A DNA stretch of 64,000 nt from Burkholderiales bacterium (GTDB taxonomy: Bacteria > Pseudomonadota > Gammaproteobacteria > Burkholderiales > SG8-39): positions 565 to 64,564 of the forward strand of contig JBIOYV010000131.1 in assembly GCA_044870335.1 (NCBI GenBank), in the 5' to 3' direction. Shown here one piece after another: positions 44,722-53,877 of this stretch. Numbering within the stretch: position 1 is the first letter of the stretch; every line of letters starts with the position of its first letter. The notes beneath the pieces are model-generated. The model was given only the letters and a program-made list of their open reading frames with translations. It searched no databases and had not been told where the DNA came from. Both the position numbers and the translations under genes were made by a program.

Positions 44722-46072
44722 GAATCGGGGTCTGACCCCGATTCATCTTTTTTGGGGTCTGACCCCGATTCTTTTCTCGTTCAACGCCGCGGCCGAGGAC
44801 CTCATGCAGGTCTATCGAGATGCCCAGCGCTACGACGCGGTCTACTCGGCGGCGCGCCAGACGCTCGCCGCCGGACGCGAGCGCCTGCCGCAGGGCCGCG
44901 CGCTGCTCCTGCCGACGCTGAACCTTTCGGCGAACGCCCAGCGCGGGCGCATCGAGTCCGACTCGCGCGATCCGAACCTCACGCCGAGCTTCACCCGCGA
45001 CCCGCGTTCGGTCGGCTACACCGTGACCTTCGCGCAGCCGATCTACCGGCCGCAGAACTACCTCCAGTACAAGCAATCCGAGCTTCAGGTGCTGCAGGCC
45101 GAGGCGACCTTTGCCCAGGCCGGCCAGGACCTCATCGTCCGCACCGCGCAGGCGTATTTCGACGTGCTCGCCGCGCTCGATACGCTCGAGGTCGTGCGCT
45201 CGCAAAAGGCCGCCACCGGCGAGCAGCTCGCGGCGGCGAAGCGCAATTTCGAAGTCGGCACCGCCACCATCACCGATACGCACGAGGCGCAGTCGCGCTT
45301 CGACCTGATCAGCGCCCAGGAGATCGCCGCGCTGAACGACCTCCAGACCAAGCACCAGGCGCTGCAGCTCATCACCGGCAAGGCCTACAAGGAGCTGAAG
45401 GGGCTGCGCCCCGAGGTGAAGCTCGCGCCGCCGAATCCGGAGAACATGGAGAGCTGGGTCGAGCTCTCGGAGAAGCAGGGCTACCCGGTGCAGATCGCCG
45501 ACGCCGGCGCCGAGATCGCCGCGCTCGAAGCGAGGCGCGCGAGCGCCGGCCACCTGCCGACCCTCGACGCCGTCGCCACCTACGGGCAGACCGGCCAGAG
45601 CGCCTCCAGCACCTCGGCCACCAGCCCGGCCGGCGCGGACATCACGACCGCCACGATCGGGCTGCAATTCGCGATGCCGCTCTACCAGGGCGGCTCGATC
45701 AACTCGCGCGAGCGCGAAGCCGCGGCGCTGTCCCTCAAGTCCAAGGACGACCTCGAGAACGCCCGGCGCACGGCTGCGGTTTCCACCCGCCAGAACTATC
45801 TCCTCGTGATCAACGGCATCTCGGCGATCGCGGCGCTCGAGCAGGCGTTGATCTCCTCGCAGAGCTCGCTCGACTCGAACAAGCTCGGCTACGAGGTGGG
45901 CGTGCGCATCAACATCGACGTCCTGAACGCCCAGCAGCAGCTCTTTTCCACGCGCCGCGACCTCGCCGTGGCGCGCTACAACACCATCGTCAACCAGCTG
46001 AAACTCAAGTCCCTCGCCGCGAGCCTGCGCGAGGAAGACCTCGATGAAGTGAATCGCGTTCTTGGGCCTTGA
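44678..46072 (+). CDS. tolC: TolC-family outer-membrane efflux protein (start uncertain: ATG 44678 or ATG 44804)
   Basis: The mature-like sequence AEDLMQVYRDAQRYDAVYSAAR... and two TolC repeats run to the stop at 46072. Only the ATG at 44678, which overlaps the rhodanese gene by 44 nt, gives any N-terminal leader. Confidence 0.8.
   Translation: MPGLAPSTRRFRSTENRGLTPIHLFWGLTPILFSFNAAAEDLMQVYRDAQRYDAVYSAARQTLAAGRERLPQGRALLLPTLNLSANAQRGRIESDSRDPNLTPSFTRDPRSVGYTVTFAQPIYRPQNYLQYKQSELQVLQAEATFAQAGQDLIVRTAQAYFDVLAALDTLEVVRSQKAATGEQLAAAKRNFEVGTATITDTHEAQSRFDLISAQEIAALNDLQTKHQALQLITGKAYKELKGLRPEVKLAPPNPENMESWVELSEKQGYPVQIADAGAEIAALEARRASAGHLPTLDAVATYGQTGQSASSTSATSPAGADITTATIGLQFAMPLYQGGSINSREREAAALSLKSKDDLENARRTAAVSTRQNYLLVINGISAIAALEQALISSQSSLDSNKLGYEVGVRINIDVLNAQQQLFSTRRDLAVARYNTIVNQLKLKSLAASLREEDLDEVNRVLGP
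44722..44753 (+). terminator. intrinsic terminator-like hairpin after the rhodanese gene (GAATCGGGG-TCTGA-CCCCGATTC + ATCTTTTTT)
   Basis: 9-bp stem and 5-nt loop followed by a T-tract, starting 1 nt after the TGA at 44719-44721. Confidence 0.6.
44727..44771 (+). repeat. 18-nt direct repeat GGGGTCTGACCCCGATTC (44727-44744 and 44754-44771), REP-like hairpin core
   Basis: Read directly. The core GGGGTCTGACCCC is the reverse complement of the core of the 36812 hairpin. Confidence 0.85.
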
Positions 46073-46100
46073 TTCACCGGCCAGAACCCGACCAGCAGTC

Positions 46101-47330
46101 TCAGATCTTCTTCAAGACTTCAAGGCAGACGGCAAGCTGACGCTGGGCGGATCCGCGATGCGCCTGGCAGAACTTCTTCCCCGCTTCGGCCATCGCGCGC
46201 CTGCGCTCCCCGTCTCTTAGCAGGCCGCTCGCGCTCCCCATGGCTGCACCGGCGTCGCTGGCCTGGATCGCCGCGCCGGCGGCGAGCGCGAGCTCGGTGG
46301 CTTCGGCGAAATTGAACATGCTCGGGCCGACGACCACCGGCGTCCCGGAGGCGAGCGACTCGATCAGGTTCTGCCCGCCCAGCGGCAGGAACGAGCCGCC
46401 GATCACCGCGACGTCGGCCGCGGCGTAATAGAACGCCATTTCGCCCATCGTGTCGCCCAGGTGCACGCGGTCGGTGGCGGCAGGCACCGGATCGCGCGTG
46501 CGCCGCGACTGCGCGAACTGCGCCACCTCGTCAAAGCGCTGCGGGTGGCGCGGGACGACCACAAGTAGAACTTCTGGGGAGAGAAAATCGAGGTGTTGAA
46601 AGAGCAGTTTCTCTTCGCCTTCGCGAGTACTGGCAAGGAGGAGGACCGGCCGGCCCAGCGCCGCGCGCCAGGCGCGTCCGGCCGAGAGCTGAGCGGAGTT
46701 GGGCGCCGCATCGAACTTGAGATTTCCGCTCACCTGGACGCGCACCGCGCCGAGCGAGCGCAGCCGCTCGGCGTCCGTCGTGCTTTGCGCGCACACCGCG
46801 GTGAGCGCCGCGAATGCCGGGCGCGTGAGGCGGCTCAGGCGCGCATAGCCGCGGGCGGACTTTTCCGACATGCGCGCGTTCGCGAGCACGAGCGGAGTGC
46901 CGCTCGCGGCGCAGGCGTGGATCAGGTTCGGCCACACCTCGGTCTCCATGATCACGCCCAGACGCGGCCTGAAATAGCCGAGGAAGCGCTCGACCGCCGA
47001 GGGCAGGTCGTATGGAACGAAGCTCGCTTCGACGGAGTCGCCGTAGACTTGCCGCAGGGTCTCGCGCCCCGCCGCGGTGGTGCAGGTCATCAGGATGCGG
47101 TGGTCCGGAAGCGCTCCCTGCAGCGCCCGCACCAGGGGCGCGGCGGCCCGCGCCTCGCCCACCGAGACCGCGTGCACCCAGACCAGCCTTTCCGCTCTCG
47201 GCAGTGCATAGCGGCCGAGGCGCTGGGCGACATTGCGCCGGTATCCCGGCTCGCGCCGGCCGCGCCACCACAGGCGCAGCAGGATGAGCGGCATGGAGAA
47301 GGCAAGCAGCGTGCTGTACAGGCGCCTCAT
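46101..47330 (-). CDS. waaA: 3-deoxy-D-manno-octulosonic acid (Kdo) transferase
   Basis: ATG at 47330 (MRRLYSTLLAFSMPLILLRLWWRG...WVHAVSVGE...). 409 aa. The upstream part of track ORF 46101..47699 was rejected. Confidence 0.9.
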   Translation of the reverse strand: MRRLYSTLLAFSMPLILLRLWWRGRREPGYRRNVAQRLGRYALPRAERLVWVHAVSVGEARAAAPLVRALQGALPDHRILMTCTTAAGRETLRQVYGDSVEASFVPYDLPSAVERFLGYFRPRLGVIMETEVWPNLIHACAASGTPLVLANARMSEKSARGYARLSRLTRPAFAALTAVCAQSTTDAERLRSLGAVRVQVSGNLKFDAAPNSAQLSAGRAWRAALGRPVLLLASTREGEEKLLFQHLDFLSPEVLLVVVPRHPQRFDEVAQFAQSRRTRDPVPAATDRVHLGDTMGEMAFYYAAADVAVIGGSFLPLGGQNLIESLASGTPVVVGPSMFNFAEATELALAAGAAIQASDAGAAMGSASGLLRDGERRRAMAEAGKKFCQAHRGSAQRQLAVCLEVLKKI

Positions 47331-48280
47331 TGGAGCGCTTGGAGCACCTCTTGGACTACCTCTACGACCTGCGGTGGACGCCCCGGGGCGCCGACGTTGC
47401 GCGCGCGCCGCGCGCCGTACAGGCCGGTGAGCGCGGGATCCGAGCCGCAGAAGATCGCGACGGCCGGAGCGCCGAAAGCGGCCGCAAGGTGGGACAGACC
47501 GCTGTCCAGCCCGACGACGTTCTTTGCGCCGGCGAGCACCCGGGCGAGCGCTTCCAGCGTCATCTTTTCCGGAACCAGCGCCTCGCCCACGCCGCGCGCG
47601 ATGCGCTCGGCGCGGCCGCGCTCCTCCGCATTTCCCCAGGGAAGCACCACCGGAAGCCCGAGCGTGCGACCGAGCTCGATCCAGCGCGCCTCGGGCCACA
47701 GCTTGTCGGCGCGGCTGGTCATCGTCAGCAGCACCGAATAGGAAGCGGGCAGGCTGGGCGGCGCTCCCGCCGACGAGCGCAGTCCGTAGTCCACGTCGGA
47801 CGGCAAGGCGATGCCCAGGGAAGCGGCGGTCAGGCGCCGGTTGCGCTCGACCGCGTGCAGCGCGCGCGGCACCGGATGCGTGCGGTCGTATAAGAGCGCC
47901 GCGAGCGGCTCACGCGCGCTGGCGCGGTCCATCCCGTGCCGCGGCCCCATTGCGCACCGGGCAATGAGCGCGCTCTTGAGAAGGCCTTGGGTGTCGATCA
48001 CCGCGTCGTAGCGCTCCGCCGCCAGCGCGGCGCGAAGCGCTGCGATTTCATGCCAGACCGAGCGCTTCCACAGCGCGCCGCGCCAGCGGCGCACCGCGAC
48101 CGGAATGACCCGCTCGACGCAGGCGTGCATGCGCGCGACTCCGGCGAAGCCTTCCTCGACCACCCAGTCGATTCTCGCTCCCGGAACGGCGCGCGCCGCG
48201 TCGGTCACGGCCGGGCATTGATGCACCACGTCCCCCAGGGAGGACGTCTTGACAAAAAGGAATCGTTTACTCGTGGACAA
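47327..48280 (-). CDS. waaC: lipopolysaccharide heptosyltransferase I
   Basis: 317 aa. FLFVKTSSLGDVVH GT9 N-terminal motif. ATGA overlap with the waaA start. Confidence 0.85.
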   Translation of the reverse strand: MSTSKRFLFVKTSSLGDVVHQCPAVTDAARAVPGARIDWVVEEGFAGVARMHACVERVIPVAVRRWRGALWKRSVWHEIAALRAALAAERYDAVIDTQGLLKSALIARCAMGPRHGMDRASAREPLAALLYDRTHPVPRALHAVERNRRLTAASLGIALPSDVDYGLRSSAGAPPSLPASYSVLLTMTSRADKLWPEARWIELGRTLGLPVVLPWGNAEERGRAERIARGVGEALVPEKMTLEALARVLAGAKNVVGLDSGLSHLAAAFGAPAVAIFCGSDPALTGLYGARRARNVGAPGRPPQVVEVVQEVLQALQ

Positions 48281-49217
48281 AAGACTCGTAGGTCGACCGC
48301 AAGCCCTCCGCCAGCGGGATGCGCGGCTGCCAGCCCAAAGAGCGCACCAGCGCGATGTCGAGCAGCTTCTGCGGCGTGCCGTCGGGCTTGGTGCGGTCGT
48401 AGACGATCTCGGCGCTGCTCCCGACCGCCTCGCGCACCGCCGCGGCCAGCTCGGCGATCGTCTGGTCCTCGCCGCAGCCGACGTTCACGAGCGGCGCGCG
48501 CCCGGCGCCGAGCCGCGAGCGCACCTGGGCGGAATGTTCGACGAGATGGATGCAGGCGTCGGCCATGTCGTCGCTGTGCAGGAACTCGCGCCGCGGCGTG
48601 CCGGTCCCCCACACCGTGACCGAAGGGTCGTTGCGCAGCCTGGCCTCGTGGAACTTGCGCATCAGCGCGGGCAGGACGTGGCTCGTCTGCAGGTCGTAGT
48701 TGTCCCCGGGACCGTAGAGATTTGTCGGCATGGCGCAGAGGTAGCGCGTGCCGTACTGGCGGTTGTAGGACCAGCACATCTCGATGCCGGCGATCTTGGC
48801 GATGGCGTAGGGCCGGTTCGTGGGCTCGAGCGGCCCGGTGAGCAGGAACTCTTCCTTGATCGGCTGCGGACAGTCGCGCGGATAGATGCACGAGGAGCCG
48901 AGAAAGAGAAGCTCGCCCACGCCGGCCCGAAACGCCTCGTGGATGACGTTGGTCTGGATGACGAGGTTGTCGTGGATGAACTGCGCCGGGTAGGTATCGT
49001 TGGCGAGGATCCCGCCCACTTTCGCCGCGGCGAGCAGGACCACGTCGGGCTTCTCGCGGCCGAAGAACTCGCGCACCGCCGCGCCCTCCGCCAGGTCGAG
49101 CTCGGCATGGGTGCGGGTGATCAGGTTGCGGTAGCCCTTTGCGCGCAGCCGCCGCACCAGCGCCGAGCCCGCGAGGCCGCGGTGGCCCGCGACGTAGATC
49201 CGCGTGTCGGGGCTCAC
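48267..49217 (-). CDS. fcl: GDP-L-fucose synthase
   Basis: 316 aa. IYVAGHRGLAGSA, LGSSCIYP and YAIAKIAG are Fcl/WcaG signatures. Confidence 0.9.
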   Translation of the reverse strand: MSPDTRIYVAGHRGLAGSALVRRLRAKGYRNLITRTHAELDLAEGAAVREFFGREKPDVVLLAAAKVGGILANDTYPAQFIHDNLVIQTNVIHEAFRAGVGELLFLGSSCIYPRDCPQPIKEEFLLTGPLEPTNRPYAIAKIAGIEMCWSYNRQYGTRYLCAMPTNLYGPGDNYDLQTSHVLPALMRKFHEARLRNDPSVTVWGTGTPRREFLHSDDMADACIHLVEHSAQVRSRLGAGRAPLVNVGCGEDQTIAELAAAVREAVGSSAEIVYDRTKPDGTPQKLLDIALVRSLGWQPRIPLAEGLRSTYESFVHE

Positions 49218-49223
49218 CGTGCG

Positions 49224-50345
49224 CTATTCGCGGCGCTCGTGGACCGCGTGCCCGTGCCGCCGCGCGAGATCCTCGCGCTCGGCCAGGCGCAGGTCCTGTT
49301 CCATCATCTCGGCGACGAGCTCGCTGAAGCCGAGGCGCGGCTTCCAGCCTAGCTGCTGGCGCGCCTTGGTCGCGTCGCCGAGCAGGGTATCGACCTCCGA
49401 GGGCCGCAGATAGCGCGGATCCATGCGCACCACGGTTTGCCCCGCCTTGGCCGCCGGCCAGCGCTGGGACCCGCGCGCGAGCACGCCGACCTCGGCCGCG
49501 CCTTTGCCCTTCCAGTCGATCTGCAGGTCGATCTGAGCGGCGGCCGCCTCGATGAACTCGCGCACGCTGTGGCTCTCGCCCGTGGCGATGACGTAGTCCT
49601 CCGGCCGGGACTGCTGGAGCATCAGCCACTGCGCTTCGACGTAGTCCCTCGCATGTCCCCAGTCGCGCCGCGCGTTCAGGTTGCCGATGTAGAGACAGTC
49701 CTGCACGCCCAGGGCAATGCGCGCAAGCGCGCGCGTGGCCTTGCGCGTGACGAAGGTCTCCCCGCGGATCGGCGACTCGTGGTTGAAGAGGATGCCGTTG
49801 CACGCGAACATGCCGTAGGCCTCGCGGTAATTCACCGTGATCCAGTACGCGTAGAGCTTGGCCACGCCATAGGGCGAGCGCGGATAGAACGGCGTCGTTT
49901 CCTTCTGCGGCGACTCGACCACCTTGCCGTAGAGCTCGGAAGTCGACGCCTGGTAGAAGCGGGTCTTCCTGTCCATCCCCAGGATGCGCAGCGCCTCGAG
50001 CAGCCTGAGCGCGCCCAGCCCGTCGGAGTTCGCCGTGTACTCGGGCTCCTCGAAGGACACCGCGACATGGCTCTGCGCGCCGAGGTTGTAGACCTCGTCG
50101 GGCTGCGCGTCCTGCAGCACCCGCACGAGGCTCGAGCCGTCGGTGAGGTCGCCATAGTGCAGGATGAACCTGCGGCCATCCACGTGCGGATCCTGGTACA
50201 GGTGGTCGATGCGCTCGGTGTTGAAGAGCGAGGTGCGCCGCTTGATGCCGTGGACGACGTAGCCCTTCTGCAGCAGAAGCTCGGCGAGATAGGCGCCGTC
50301 CTGGCCGGTGATGCCGGTGATCAGGGCGACTTTGGGCTTTTGCAT
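49224..50345 (-). CDS. gmd: GDP-mannose 4,6-dehydratase
   Basis: ATG at 50345 ([25 protein letters not shown]...). 373 aa. Confidence 0.95.
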   Translation of the reverse strand: MQKPKVALITGITGQDGAYLAELLLQKGYVVHGIKRRTSLFNTERIDHLYQDPHVDGRRFILHYGDLTDGSSLVRVLQDAQPDEVYNLGAQSHVAVSFEEPEYTANSDGLGALRLLEALRILGMDRKTRFYQASTSELYGKVVESPQKETTPFYPRSPYGVAKLYAYWITVNYREAYGMFACNGILFNHESPIRGETFVTRKATRALARIALGVQDCLYIGNLNARRDWGHARDYVEAQWLMLQQSRPEDYVIATGESHSVREFIEAAAAQIDLQIDWKGKGAAEVGVLARGSQRWPAAKAGQTVVRMDPRYLRPSEVDTLLGDATKARQQLGWKPRLGFSELVAEMMEQDLRLAEREDLARRHGHAVHERRE

Positions 50346-50402
50346 GGCGGCCGGATTAGAATAGTGAGCGCCGATTCTACGGCGCATTTCCATTCAATAC
50401 AC

Positions 50403-51167
50403 TTGAACGCACCGCAGTCAGCGCTCTCCGCAGTCCTCATCACCCGCAACGCAGCCAATGTCCTCGAGCCCTGCCTCGAAAGCCTGCGCTTCGCCGACGA
50501 GATCGTCGTCGTGGACTCGGGAAGCAGCGACGGCACCGCCGATGTCGCCGCGCGCCACGGCGCGCGCGTGGTGCAGAAGGAATGGCTGGGCTTCGGCCGG
50601 CAAAAGCAGTTCGCGGTGGAACAGGCGCGCAACGACTGGGTGCTGTGCCTCGACGCCGACGAGCGCGTTTCCCCCGTGCTCGCAGCGAGCATCAGCGCGG
50701 CGCTCGCTGCGCCGGTATCCCCGGTGTACCGCATGGCGCGGCGCAACCGCTTCCTGGGCCGGTGGCTCGCCCATGGCGAGGGCTATCCCGACTGGAGCCC
50801 GCGACTCTTCAACCGCATGAACGCCCGCTGGAGCGACGACCTGGTCCATGAGAAGGTGCTGTTCGCAGTCACGCCCGGAACGCTGCGGGGCGACCTGATG
50901 CACGACTCCACCGACGATCTCACGGGGTACCTCGAACGGCAGAACCGCTACACCACGCTCGCCGCGCGCCAGGCGTTCGAGCGCGGCGTGAGCGCGGGCG
51001 CGGCGCACCTCATGCTTTCGCCCGTGGTGCGCTTCTTCAAGTTCTACGTCCTGCGCCTGGGGTTCCTCGACGGCGTCCCGGGGCTGCTGCACATCTCGAT
51101 CGGCTGCATGAACAGCTACATGAAGTACGCCAAGCTGATCGAGCTGCGCAAGGCGGAGCAGGAGTGA
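50403..51167 (+). CDS. family-2 glycosyltransferase (KdtX/WaaE-like LPS core transferase)
   Basis: TTG at 50403 (alternative GTG at 50364), in frame with track ORF 49437..51167. Contains LSAVLITRNAANVLEPCLESL...VVVDSGSSDGT...LDADE. Confidence 0.75.
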   Translation: MNAPQSALSAVLITRNAANVLEPCLESLRFADEIVVVDSGSSDGTADVAARHGARVVQKEWLGFGRQKQFAVEQARNDWVLCLDADERVSPVLAASISAALAAPVSPVYRMARRNRFLGRWLAHGEGYPDWSPRLFNRMNARWSDDLVHEKVLFAVTPGTLRGDLMHDSTDDLTGYLERQNRYTTLAARQAFERGVSAGAAHLMLSPVVRFFKFYVLRLGFLDGVPGLLHISIGCMNSYMKYAKLIELRKAEQE

Positions 51168-52108
51168 AGGTCCTCGTCACCGGGGTCGCCGGCTTCATCG
51201 GCATGCATTGCGCCGAGCGGCTCAGCGCGCGCGGCGACGAGGTGGTGGGCGTCGACAACCTTTCGCCCTACTACTCGGTCGCGCTCAAGCGCGACCGCCT
51301 CAAGCGGCTGCGGGTCCGGTTTCACGAGCTCGACATCGCAAACGCGTCCGCGCTTTCCTCGGTTTTCGAGAAGGAACGGCCTGAAGCGGTGTTGCATCTC
51401 GCCGCGCAGCCGGGGGTGCGGTACTCGCTCGAGAACCCGGCGGTGTATATCCAGACGAACCTCGTCGGCTTCGCCAACCTCCTCGAATGCTGCCGCGAGG
51501 ATCCGCCCGGGCACCTCGTATTCGCGTCGAGCTCGAGCGTCTACGGAGCCAATGCCGAGCTGCCGTGGTCGGAGAGCCAGAACGTCGATCATCCGGTGAG
51601 CCTCTACGCGGCGACGAAGAAGTCGAACGAGCTCATGGCGCACGTCTACAGCCATCTCTACGGGCTGAACGCCACGGCACTGCGCTACTTCACGGTCTAC
51701 GGCCCGTGGGGACGGCCGGACATGTCGCCGATGCTCTTCGCCAATGCCATCCTGGACGAAAAGCCCATCCCGGTCTTCAACCACGGCGAGATGCAGCGCG
51801 ACTTCACCTATGTCGACGACATCGTGGAGGGAACGCTGCGCGTGCTCGATCGCCCGCAACGCTACGCCGTGTACAACATCGGCAACCATGAGCCGGTGGG
51901 GCTGCTCGACTATATCGGCGCGCTCGAGCGCGCGCTCGGAAAGAAGGCGCGCCTGGAGATGAAGCCGATGCAGCCGGGCGACGTCAAGGCCACCTACGCC
52001 GACACCACGGCGCTCGCGCGCGCGGTCGGCTTCGCGCCCTCGACGCCCCTGGAGCAGGGCCTGCGCCGCTTCGCCGACTGGTTCAGGCAGTACTACGGCC
52101 GCGCATGA
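51164..52108 (+). CDS. NAD-dependent epimerase (UDP-glucuronate 4-epimerase-like)
   Basis: 314 aa. MKVLVTGVAGFIG, SSSSVYG, YAATKKSNE and FTVYGPWGRPDM. Confidence 0.85.
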   Translation: MKVLVTGVAGFIGMHCAERLSARGDEVVGVDNLSPYYSVALKRDRLKRLRVRFHELDIANASALSSVFEKERPEAVLHLAAQPGVRYSLENPAVYIQTNLVGFANLLECCREDPPGHLVFASSSSVYGANAELPWSESQNVDHPVSLYAATKKSNELMAHVYSHLYGLNATALRYFTVYGPWGRPDMSPMLFANAILDEKPIPVFNHGEMQRDFTYVDDIVEGTLRVLDRPQRYAVYNIGNHEPVGLLDYIGALERALGKKARLEMKPMQPGDVKATYADTTALARAVGFAPSTPLEQGLRRFADWFRQYYGRA

Positions 52109-52638
52109 AGCGCCTCCTCCTCCTCGCGCTCCTCGCCGGCTGCACCGTCGCCGACACTCCCTATCCGATCGCCTGGGATCCCATCCCGGCGCCGGCGGCT
52201 GCCGATTGCCGGCAGTTCGAGGGCACCTATGCCGACCGCGGCGAGGCGTTCGGCCAGACGGCGCGACCGTCGCTCACGCGCGAGCTGTTCGGCGCGGACA
52301 GCCCGTGGGAGAAGGCGGCGAGCGTGCGCCTCGCGTTCGCCGGCGAGGATTCGGTCGAGGTCACGATCGCCGGAGAAGGCCTCAAGCCCGAGACGCGCAG
52401 CTTCAGCGTGAAGGCAGGCGAGGCCCGCTGCGACCGCGGCAGGCTGGAGCTCTCCGCCCGGCGCTGGGTCGCCTCCGACCTCATGTCGGGCCGGGAGAGC
52501 GTGAAGATCGAGCTGAACCAGTCCGACCCGTTCCTGGTCACGCACGTGTACGAGTCGATTACCGGCGTGATGTTCCTAGTGGTTCCGCTCTCCGGCGAGA
52601 GCGCTCACTGGTACCGCTTTACTCGCCTCAAACCCTAG
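52105..52638 (+). CDS. hypothetical lipoprotein
   Basis: 177 aa. Lipobox LLALLAGC. ATGA overlap with the preceding epimerase gene. I recognise no family. Confidence 0.6.
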   Translation: MKRLLLLALLAGCTVADTPYPIAWDPIPAPAAADCRQFEGTYADRGEAFGQTARPSLTRELFGADSPWEKAASVRLAFAGEDSVEVTIAGEGLKPETRSFSVKAGEARCDRGRLELSARRWVASDLMSGRESVKIELNQSDPFLVTHVYESITGVMFLVVPLSGESAHWYRFTRLKP

Positions 52639-53877
52639 ATTCGACTCGCTCACGGCGGGCTGCCGAAGTCGCGACAGGAAAAGACCGAGTAGCAGCACGG
52701 CAAGCAAGGCGTGCTCGTGGTGCAGCGTCGTGTTCACCGTCCCTGCGCCCACGGTCACCGTCCAGGCCGCGGCGGCGCTGCCCCAGGCAAGCCAGTCGTC
52801 GTCGGGGTCGTCCGCCCGCGGACGCCGACGCACAAGGCAGAAGGCCCAGGCGCCCAGCACGGCCGCGACGATCGCGGACCCGAACAAGCCGCGCTCGGCG
52901 AGCGTGTTCGCGTAGATGCTATGGCCATGGGAGGTGTAGTAATAGCGCTTGGGGTCAAACGCCCTGCCGGCCTCGGTATCCCACGCGTGCAAGCGCTCGA
53001 CGCTGACGAGGCTGTAGTTGTCCAGGCCGACGCCGAACCACGGATAGCGCCTCCAGGCCGCCAGCGCGGTGCGCCAGACCCCGTCGCGGAAGGAGAGCAC
53101 GTTCTCCTCCTGGACGTTCTGCAAGGTTTTGCGCACGACCTGGGTGCCGCCCGCTATGACGAGTACCACTACAGCGGCAACGACCGCGGCACTGATCGCC
53201 ACGGGTACGCGCGAGCGCGGCCACCAGGCGGCCGCGAGCACGGGCAGCATGACCAGGGCGATGCCGATCGCACCGCGGCTTGCGGTGACCACGAGGGAGA
53301 CGAGAATGGCGCAGGTGACGGCGAGGCTCAGGAGGCGCGCCGTTGCGCTCCAGGACCGCCAGCGCGCAAAGATCCAGGCAGCGCAAACCCCCAGCATGAT
53401 CGCCAGGTAGATCGCCGTGTGGTTGACGTGCCCGACCGAGTGCAGCTCGAGCGTCCCCCCGGGTGCGGTGCCGCGCCAGAGATCGCGGTAGCCAAACGCC
53501 AGGCCAACCAGGGTGGAGACCACGAGCGCGCCCAGGATCCAGCGCCGCTCGCGCGCGTCGTAACGGGCGCGCTTCACCATCCACAGCACGCTGCCGTAGC
53601 GCACGAGGTCGCCTGCGCCGCGCCATTGCTGGCCGTCCAGGCCTGCAAACGCCGCCACCACGAAGCCCGAGGCGATCCAGACGGCGATCAAGGTGTCCCA
53701 AGCATCCCAGGGGCCGCCGAAGTCGCGCTGCCGGACGCGATTCACCAGCCACGTCAGGGCGTAGGCGACCCAGAGCAGGTTCTTCGGCGCTTCGAGCAGG
53801 GGCAGGAAGAAACACAAGGCGACCAGCACTCCCACCTCGACCGGATAGCGCGCGACCGGATAGCGCGACCGGCTCAT
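52576..53877 (-). CDS. waaL: O-antigen ligase family membrane protein
   Basis: ATG at 53877. 433 aa, polytopic, with a loop containing HSVGHVNHTAIYL and later SHGHSIYANTLAERG (Wzy_C-like). The upstream part of track ORF 52576..54405 was rejected. Confidence 0.75.
   Translation of the reverse strand: MSRSRYPVARYPVEVGVLVALCFFLPLLEAPKNLLWVAYALTWLVNRVRQRDFGGPWDAWDTLIAVWIASGFVVAAFAGLDGQQWRGAGDLVRYGSVLWMVKRARYDARERRWILGALVVSTLVGLAFGYRDLWRGTAPGGTLELHSVGHVNHTAIYLAIMLGVCAAWIFARWRSWSATARLLSLAVTCAILVSLVVTASRGAIGIALVMLPVLAAAWWPRSRVPVAISAAVVAAVVVLVIAGGTQVVRKTLQNVQEENVLSFRDGVWRTALAAWRRYPWFGVGLDNYSLVSVERLHAWDTEAGRAFDPKRYYYTSHGHSIYANTLAERGLFGSAIVAAVLGAWAFCLVRRRPRADDPDDDWLAWGSAAAAWTVTVGAGTVNTTLHHEHALLAVLLLGLFLSRLRQPAVSESNLGFEASKAVPVSALAGERNH
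53838..53867. repeat. perfect 15-bp tandem duplication (cgaccggatagcgcg x2) at the 5' end of waaL
   Basis: Read directly. It encodes RYPVA-RYPVE near the N-terminus. Confidence 0.85.
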
